Under the pieces are notes generated by a model. It was not told the origin of the DNA, made no database searches, and saw nothing but the letters and a program-made list of their open reading frames with translations. Below, piece by piece: positions 16,534 through 21,349 of a stretch of 21,349 nt of DNA (position 1 is the first letter of the stretch; the number at the start of each line of letters is the position of its first letter). Source of the stretch: Candidatus Jordarchaeia archaeon (GTDB lineage Archaea > Asgardarchaeota > Jordiarchaeia > Jordiarchaeales > Jordiarchaeaceae); assembly GCA_029856435.1 (NCBI GenBank), contig JAHQXB010000175.1, forward strand, positions 1-21,349, read 5' to 3'. Both the position numbers and the translations under genes were made by a program.

Positions 16534-16706
16534 GGAACCTCGCCTTAGGTATGCGGCTCCCCTCCTATACGTAATCGTTTGATCCTCCCAAAAAAAGGAG
16601 GCTTAACAGGGCTTCCTTCCAAATTTAAAGCCCAAAAAAAGGGGTAAAACTGACTAACCCTGCACAAATATCATGTCAACAAACTACATACTTACAACAA
16701 GGTTCC
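16534..16706. mobile_element. 173-bp MITE with GGAACC...GGTTCC ends
   Basis: TIR GGAACCTCGCCTTAGGTATG / GGAACCTTGTTGTAAGTATG (15/20), flanked by direct repeat TCTCGTTCTA (16524-16533, 16707-16716). An equivalent reading is an 8-bp TSD with ends one base further out. Confidence 0.8.
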
Positions 16707-16885
16707 TCTCGTTCTAAAACCAAACCCAAAAAAAAGACACACCCCAAATAGAATCTCAAAAAGTTCAAAAACAAGCAACGAAGGCCTAATCCCACTTCAG
16801 ACTCAAAAAGAAAAAATAAGTATACAAAAAAGATTGGAATCCGAAGGGTCTCTTTATTGCTTGGTTTAAGTAGGCTCTGCCCTTC

Positions 16886-17643
16886 AATGAGTTTAGGAAA
16901 TAGTAACTAGGAGATTCGAATAGCGATTTTCCGAGACAAGTTCAAAAAAGTTCTACTCGACCTCCTAAAAACAGATAACTCACTCAGAGAGCAAAATTAC
17001 TCACTCGTCACGCAAGCTCCCCCCACGAAACGCGAAATAGAAACACTAACCAAAGAAATAAAAAACCTCACAGAAACCATAACCAAGCTTTCGAACAGCT
17101 TCGAGAAGAGTCTTGAGCTAATGGATAAGCATATGGATAGCTTCGAGAACGAGATGAGGCTGCTGAGAGAGGAAACTGCTAAGCGTATGGATAGCTTCGA
17201 GAAGAGCATGGGTCTCTTTGACGAAGAAATGAGGAAGCCTAGGGAGGGGTTTTGCATTATTGCTAGTGCTTTTGGGGCTAGGTGGGGTTTTGCGGCTGAG
17301 GAGTCTTTTCGGGGAGGCTACTTGTGGCATTCTTGAAAGTATGGGTTTTAAGGTGGAGAGATTGAAGGTTTATGATGAGGGAGGAGTTGTTTCTGGTGCT
17401 CCGGGAGTTGTGGAGATAGATATGCTGATAAGAGGCAAAGAACATTTACTTATAAAGATTAATTCCATTATAAGAGTGAGAGGATGCGCTTGTCTACAAG
17501 GCAAAGCTTTACGAAAAACTTGTTGAGGTGAAGCCTTCTCTCTCAATAGGTTCACCCTTCGTTGAAGACGACGCGAAAAAGAGGACTCTTTTATGGAAAA
17601 AATTAAAATTTACATCAGGGTAAGAGAATTCAAACCAGTTTAA
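16886..17643 (+). pseudogene. Coiled-coil + PD-(D/E)XK nuclease-like (DUF3782/DUF1626-type) pseudogene
   Basis: Fragments LLDLLKTD, heptad coil, AFGARWGFAAEESFR, GILESMGFKVE...YDEGGVVSGAPGVVEIDMLIR, KAKLYEK...SPFVEDDAK lie in shifting frames; in-frame TAG at 16907-16909. End coordinate approximate. Confidence 0.8.
17097..17203 (+). repeat. 54-bp-period repeat encoding coiled-coil units (MDSFE)
   Basis: TATGGATAGCTTCGAGAA at 17132-17149 and 17186-17203; partial AGCTTCGAGAA at 17097-17107. Confidence 0.7.
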
Positions 17644-17776
17644 AAAACAAAATAGTTTTTTGCACGCAAATATTTTTGTTAATTGATAGCTGTATCCAAT
17701 TTTTCACTTCTTAATACTTTTGCCCGAGTTTAGTTGTGCTACACTTCAAAATCTATCAACCTTTTGATGAATGCTT

Positions 17777-18238
17777 TCAAGTACTTTTATTTTTCTTGCC
17801 AGTCACCTGTTGTATGTATTTTTCTATAGTGTTTAGGGCTAACTCGGCGGTTCTAATAGCGTCTTTTGCTTCGTCCTCTCTGTAGGATTTGCGGGGTGAG
17901 ACCACTGTTCTTGCCCTGATTGCGGGGTAGCGGGTTGCTGTGTATTGTTCCATTAGCCAGGAAGTGTCGCGGAAAACGTTTCTTAGTTCTTCCACCCAGT
18001 CTTGAGGCGCGTGGGTTATCACTTCAGCGGCAAAAAGGGCACCCACATCATGCTCGTATACCTGCGTTAGGCCCTCGCAGGCGAGGGTTGCCTTCATAGC
18101 CTTTTCAACGCACTGCTGTGATTCGAAAACTGCTTTGTGAAAAAACTTCTGTTTGAGAAGCTCTCTTGCCGCTTGCAAGTCAACTTTAGCTTCTTCAATT
18201 AGCTCGTACGCTAATTTGATTGCCAGATCTGAGGTCAT
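17777..18238 (-). CDS. HEPN domain protein (MNT-HEPN pair)
   Basis: AVFESQQCVEKAMKA, EHDV, YTATRYP and EAKDAIRTAE are typical of the thermophile-type HEPN. ATG 18238 forms an ATGA overlap with the MNT stop (the track starts at 18250). Confidence 0.9.
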   Translation of the reverse strand: MTSDLAIKLAYELIEEAKVDLQAARELLKQKFFHKAVFESQQCVEKAMKATLACEGLTQVYEHDVGALFAAEVITHAPQDWVEELRNVFRDTSWLMEQYTATRYPAIRARTVVSPRKSYREDEAKDAIRTAELALNTIEKYIQQVTGKKNKST

Positions 18239-18678
18239 TTCACCACCCATATGCCGCTTCTCGGATAGTACTTGATTTTGCCAGCTTCAACATCCCTAAA
18301 TATTTCCTGGATTCTCTTCTCAAAAAATCCCGAGGGGTCGAAGAGAACCTGGTATCCTGAGGCTACTCCAAGAACCAGTGGAAATCTTTTGTCAACCATG
18401 TAGTTGAAGTCGTCTGGGGTGAAGGGCAGGCAGCGAACCGCCCTTTTAAGAAGCCATGTTAACTCAGTATCAACATTAATCACTCTTCTCTCCATGGTGG
18501 AGTAGTCCTCCTCAATAATTGCCAGAATGTCAATGTCGCTGGTGGGTTTCTCCCTCCCCTGCGCAAAAGAGCCGAAGAGCACCAAGGAAACCAAACTATC
18601 CTTAAACTCTTCCCTGAATGATTTTGCTATAGTACTCTTCTCCTGTTCTGAAAGCACTTTAAAAACCTCTTTCTTCAA
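18235..18678 (-). CDS. Minimal nucleotidyltransferase (MNT)
   Basis: LVLFGSFAQG...SDIDIL (GS...DxD); directly upstream of the HEPN gene. Confidence 0.92.
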   Translation of the reverse strand: MKKEVFKVLSEQEKSTIAKSFREEFKDSLVSLVLFGSFAQGREKPTSDIDILAIIEEDYSTMERRVINVDTELTWLLKRAVRCLPFTPDDFNYMVDKRFPLVLGVASGYQVLFDPSGFFEKRIQEIFRDVEAGKIKYYPRSGIWVVK

Positions 18679-18900
18679 TAAGCCCTTTTTTCCTCATAAA
18701 GATTTCTTAGAGACACCGGCAAAACAGATTCGCAACGCCACCCCCATAAACCCAACCATTACATACTCCTAAGAAAATAGCGAACAATCACCCCTAAAAG
18801 GGAAAACAAATAAAAACCCTATATGAATTGGAAGGGATGCTCAGCGAGTTTCCTTATGGTGTGTGGATGTTGAGTGTTAATTGTACTGTGCTTGAAAAGC

Positions 18901-18908
18901 TATAAATA
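18901..18908 (+). promoter_or_regulatory. Candidate BRE-TATA for the helicase gene
   Basis: GAAAAGC followed by TATAAATA, about 60 nt upstream of ATG 18966. Confidence 0.45.
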
Positions 18909-18965
18909 ATTGCGAAAAAAGGGTGTAACCTAGCAGGAGAAGAATTAGTTCGAAGAAGTGAGTGT

Positions 18966-20867
18966 ATGAGGAGGAAATTCTTATTCCCTTATGATCCCAG
19001 AGAGGGGCAGGAAGAGTTCATGGAGTTTATTTCCAAGAATATTAATGAGGGCGCCGTGTGTCTCAACGCCTCCACAGGCTTTGGAAAGACCCCTGCTATT
19101 CTCGCCGCTCTTCTCCCGCGGGCTAAGAAGCACAAGATTATTTGGGCTGTGCGGACTGGAAACGAGACCGATAGACCCATAGAGGAGCTGAAAATAATTA
19201 ATGAAAAATTGGGCAAGGAGTTCTTCGGCTTATCCTACAGGGGTAAGAGGGACATGTGCCTCCTTGCCAGAGACATCAGGCTAGAGGAGGAAATGGACTA
19301 TCAAGATGTTTCATTCCTCTGTGAGAATCGCAGAAAAAACTGTGATTACTATCTGGGATTACAAAATCTCGATGTGGAAGATTTCCTTGGAGGACCTAAA
19401 CTTTACTCTGAGATTCTAAAGCTGTGCCGTGAGATGGGCGTATGTCCCTATTTTGCCCAGAGGGAACTTCTACCATTCGCGAACGTTGTTTCACTCAGCT
19501 ATAATTATATTATCGATGATGGAATGAGCTGGAGCGTTAAGCGTCTCATTCCCTTCACATCCAGCTTTCTTGTAGTGGACGAAGCCCATAACCTTCAGAG
19601 TGCTTGCGGAAACCTGAACTCTGACCGCATAACACTTGGGACTCTCACCTATGCTCAAAGAGAGATTCAAAGATTTAACTCCTTGGAGGCTCGCCGGGTT
19701 GAGAACCTCATCAACCGCCTAAGAAGCGAGCTCCAACTAATCTTTGAAAAAGTACCAGGAGAGGAGACAGAGTTCAACCCTAAAGAGTTCCTTGGCAGCA
19801 TGCTGAGAAAAATAGGGGCCGATAAGTATTTGTTGGTGGAAGTCTTACAGCTCATGAATGAGTACGGGGTGAAGGTCAGGCGGAGCCAACTGGAGGAGGG
19901 CAAGAATCCCCGCTCCTCACTGTTCCACCTCTCAAACTTTTGGCTGGCAGTCATAGAAAACATGGATGTCCAAGGAGTAGCCTTCATAGCCTCAAAAGAG
20001 AGGGAAAACATTGTTCTGGAAATGTGGGATATGAGAGCCGCAGAAATCCTCAGAGACAAGTGGAAAAACTTTTATGGCTGCATCTTCTGCTCAGGCACAC
20101 TAAACCCTATCAAAGCATTCGCAGAAACCATAGGACTAAAAAACTATGCGGGAAAAAGTTTCCACTCCCCCTTCGACAAGAACAAGATAGCCGCATACGT
20201 CACCAGAGGATTAACCACTAGAGGAGAGGAGCTCAGTGAAGAAATGGCAAAAGCCTACGTTGATGCCATAGAGAAATTCGTCGACGCAGTTAACTCCAAC
20301 ATCGCAATTTTCACCAGCAGCTACCGTATCCAGAACGATCTCATCACAGCAGGACTCAGAGAAATGGTGGAAAGCAAAGGCAGACCTTTCTTCGCAGAAA
20401 AGGAAGACATGAGTGGCGACAGCTCCCGAGAAATCCTCGACAGCTTCAAAGACGCAGCCTACGAAAAAAACCCAGGCGTCCTCTGCGCCCCATGCACCGG
20501 AAGATTCGCCGAGGGAGCAGACTTCCCAGGAAGAGAACTTGAAGGAGTATTTCTGGTAGGCATACCCTTCGACAGAATGAGCATAAAAACCCAACTCTAC
20601 CTCAAATACTATGAAACCCTATACGGAAAAGAAAAAGGCACCTACTACGCCTACGTGGTACCAGCGCTAAGAAGAGCCTCCCAAGCCCTAGGCCGAGTAC
20701 TAAGATCCAAAGAAGACCGAGGAATATTCATTCTAGGAGACGAACGCTACACCGAAAAACGCTTCCAACAACTACTCCCCGACTACATTCAAGAGAACCT
20801 ACAACCCATTGAAGCACTCAGCATCACCAATGAATTGAAAAACAAGCTACGTTCTTTTCAAAAGTAA
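18966..20867 (+). CDS. xpd: XPD/Rad3/DinG-family Fe-S DNA helicase
   Basis: Walker A ASTGFGKT, Fe-S cysteines (DMCL, FLCE, KNCD, VCPY), DEAH, SGT, FAEGADF, QALGRVLRS. Confidence 0.93.
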   Translation: MRRKFLFPYDPREGQEEFMEFISKNINEGAVCLNASTGFGKTPAILAALLPRAKKHKIIWAVRTGNETDRPIEELKIINEKLGKEFFGLSYRGKRDMCLLARDIRLEEEMDYQDVSFLCENRRKNCDYYLGLQNLDVEDFLGGPKLYSEILKLCREMGVCPYFAQRELLPFANVVSLSYNYIIDDGMSWSVKRLIPFTSSFLVVDEAHNLQSACGNLNSDRITLGTLTYAQREIQRFNSLEARRVENLINRLRSELQLIFEKVPGEETEFNPKEFLGSMLRKIGADKYLLVEVLQLMNEYGVKVRRSQLEEGKNPRSSLFHLSNFWLAVIENMDVQGVAFIASKERENIVLEMWDMRAAEILRDKWKNFYGCIFCSGTLNPIKAFAETIGLKNYAGKSFHSPFDKNKIAAYVTRGLTTRGEELSEEMAKAYVDAIEKFVDAVNSNIAIFTSSYRIQNDLITAGLREMVESKGRPFFAEKEDMSGDSSREILDSFKDAAYEKNPGVLCAPCTGRFAEGADFPGRELEGVFLVGIPFDRMSIKTQLYLKYYETLYGKEKGTYYAYVVPALRRASQALGRVLRSKEDRGIFILGDERYTEKRFQQLLPDYIQENLQPIEALSITNELKNKLRSFQK

Positions 20868-20978
20868 CATCTCATCCGCCATTCAAAAAGTAGCTATATG
20901 ATTATAGGCTACCTCTTTTCCGATTTTACATTATTAAGCTAGACCTAAGAAAACTCTAATCCCGACCCTAGAGAAATG

Positions 20979-21215
20979 TTCCTTAACTGGTGAAAAGCTT
21001 AAGACCTAGAACTTAGTGGATTAAAATGTTTCAGATTGAATGTGTATAGGGATGCCCACCGATTTAAAGCTATTGAAGCTGTCATAGCATCAGTTCTACA
21101 TATAGAGGTTGTTAGCGTTTCCATGCTCTCCGCTTTCAATTCCATCTCCGCAGAAAGAACTGCATCCCTCTTTGTACAATCAATTACAGGCAAGAGTAAA
21201 ACTTCCTTAACTGGT
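20979..21215 (+). repeat. 13-bp direct repeat bracketing the PIN fragment
   Basis: TTCCTTAACTGGT at 20979-20991 and 21203-21215. Confidence 0.7.
20999..21215 (-). pseudogene. PIN-domain (VapC-like) C-terminal fragment
   Basis: DAMTASIALNRWASLYTFNLKHFNPL resembles the PIN C-terminal D..IAA.A....L.T.N.KHF motif. The frame is closed by a stop just upstream of PVKEVLL, so the N-terminal catalytic Asp region is missing. Confidence 0.6.
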
Positions 21216-21349
21216 CAAACGCTACCTCAAGCTCCAAGGAACACTCGGCGAGCCCATCCTAACTCCCACCCACATCCACCTCCCAGTCCACATCCCCACC
21301 CCACCGCCACCAGAAAAAAGGCGACGCCCACAAATACAGGAAGGCACCC

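Noticed and set aside
16997-17330. Minus-strand ORFs of 86 and 70 aa
   Set aside because: Antisense shadows of the coiled-coil pseudogene.
18784-18835. CRISPR-repeat-like words (CCCTAAAAGGG; CCCTATATGAATTGGAAG)
   Set aside because: The two segments are adjacent, not identical, have no spacer and do not recur. No cas genes are in the window.
3177-20594. Numerous 60-180 aa ORFs overlapping iorA, the flavoprotein, longin, GTPase, peptidase, polX, MNT and xpd genes
   Set aside because: Antisense or off-frame shadows of well-supported genes, Ser/Phe/Leu-rich, with no motifs.
1-21349. tRNA, rRNA, integrase or autonomous transposase genes
   Set aside because: No cloverleaf, rRNA signature, or intact recombinase/transposase ORF was recognised on either strand.

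Overview
Archaeal chromosomal window, most likely from an Asgard archaeon. This is inferred from a Rag-like GTPase with a C-terminal roadblock domain, a longin-like protein and a gelsolin-like domain; no marker gene is present. Core genes: an indolepyruvate-type 2-oxoacid oxidoreductase operon (iorA, a GltD/NfnB-like flavoprotein, iorB), an M24 peptidase, PolX-PHP and an XPD/Rad3 helicase. Two systems stand out. (1) A minus-strand three-gene operon: membrane-anchored surface glycoprotein, Rag-like GTPase, longin plus winged-helix protein, a layout reminiscent of eukaryotic Rag with GATOR1 NPRL2/3. (2) An ior operon in which the ferredoxin domain normally at the IorA C-terminus has moved to a separate gene and is interrupted by an NAD(P)/FAD oxidoreductase module. 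The intergenic DNA carries at least four kinds of miniature transposon: a 245-bp IS200/IS605 derivative keeping only LE, the tnpB 3' tail/omegaRNA region and RE; three copies of a ~130-bp TA-duplicating MITE; an IS6-like MITE nested in one of them; and a GGAACC-ended MITE. There are also two putative toxin-antitoxin pairs and several pseudogenes (SDR, DUF3782-like nuclease, PIN fragment). No rRNA, tRNA or CRISPR array was seen. All family assignments come from motif recognition by eye, not database searches.
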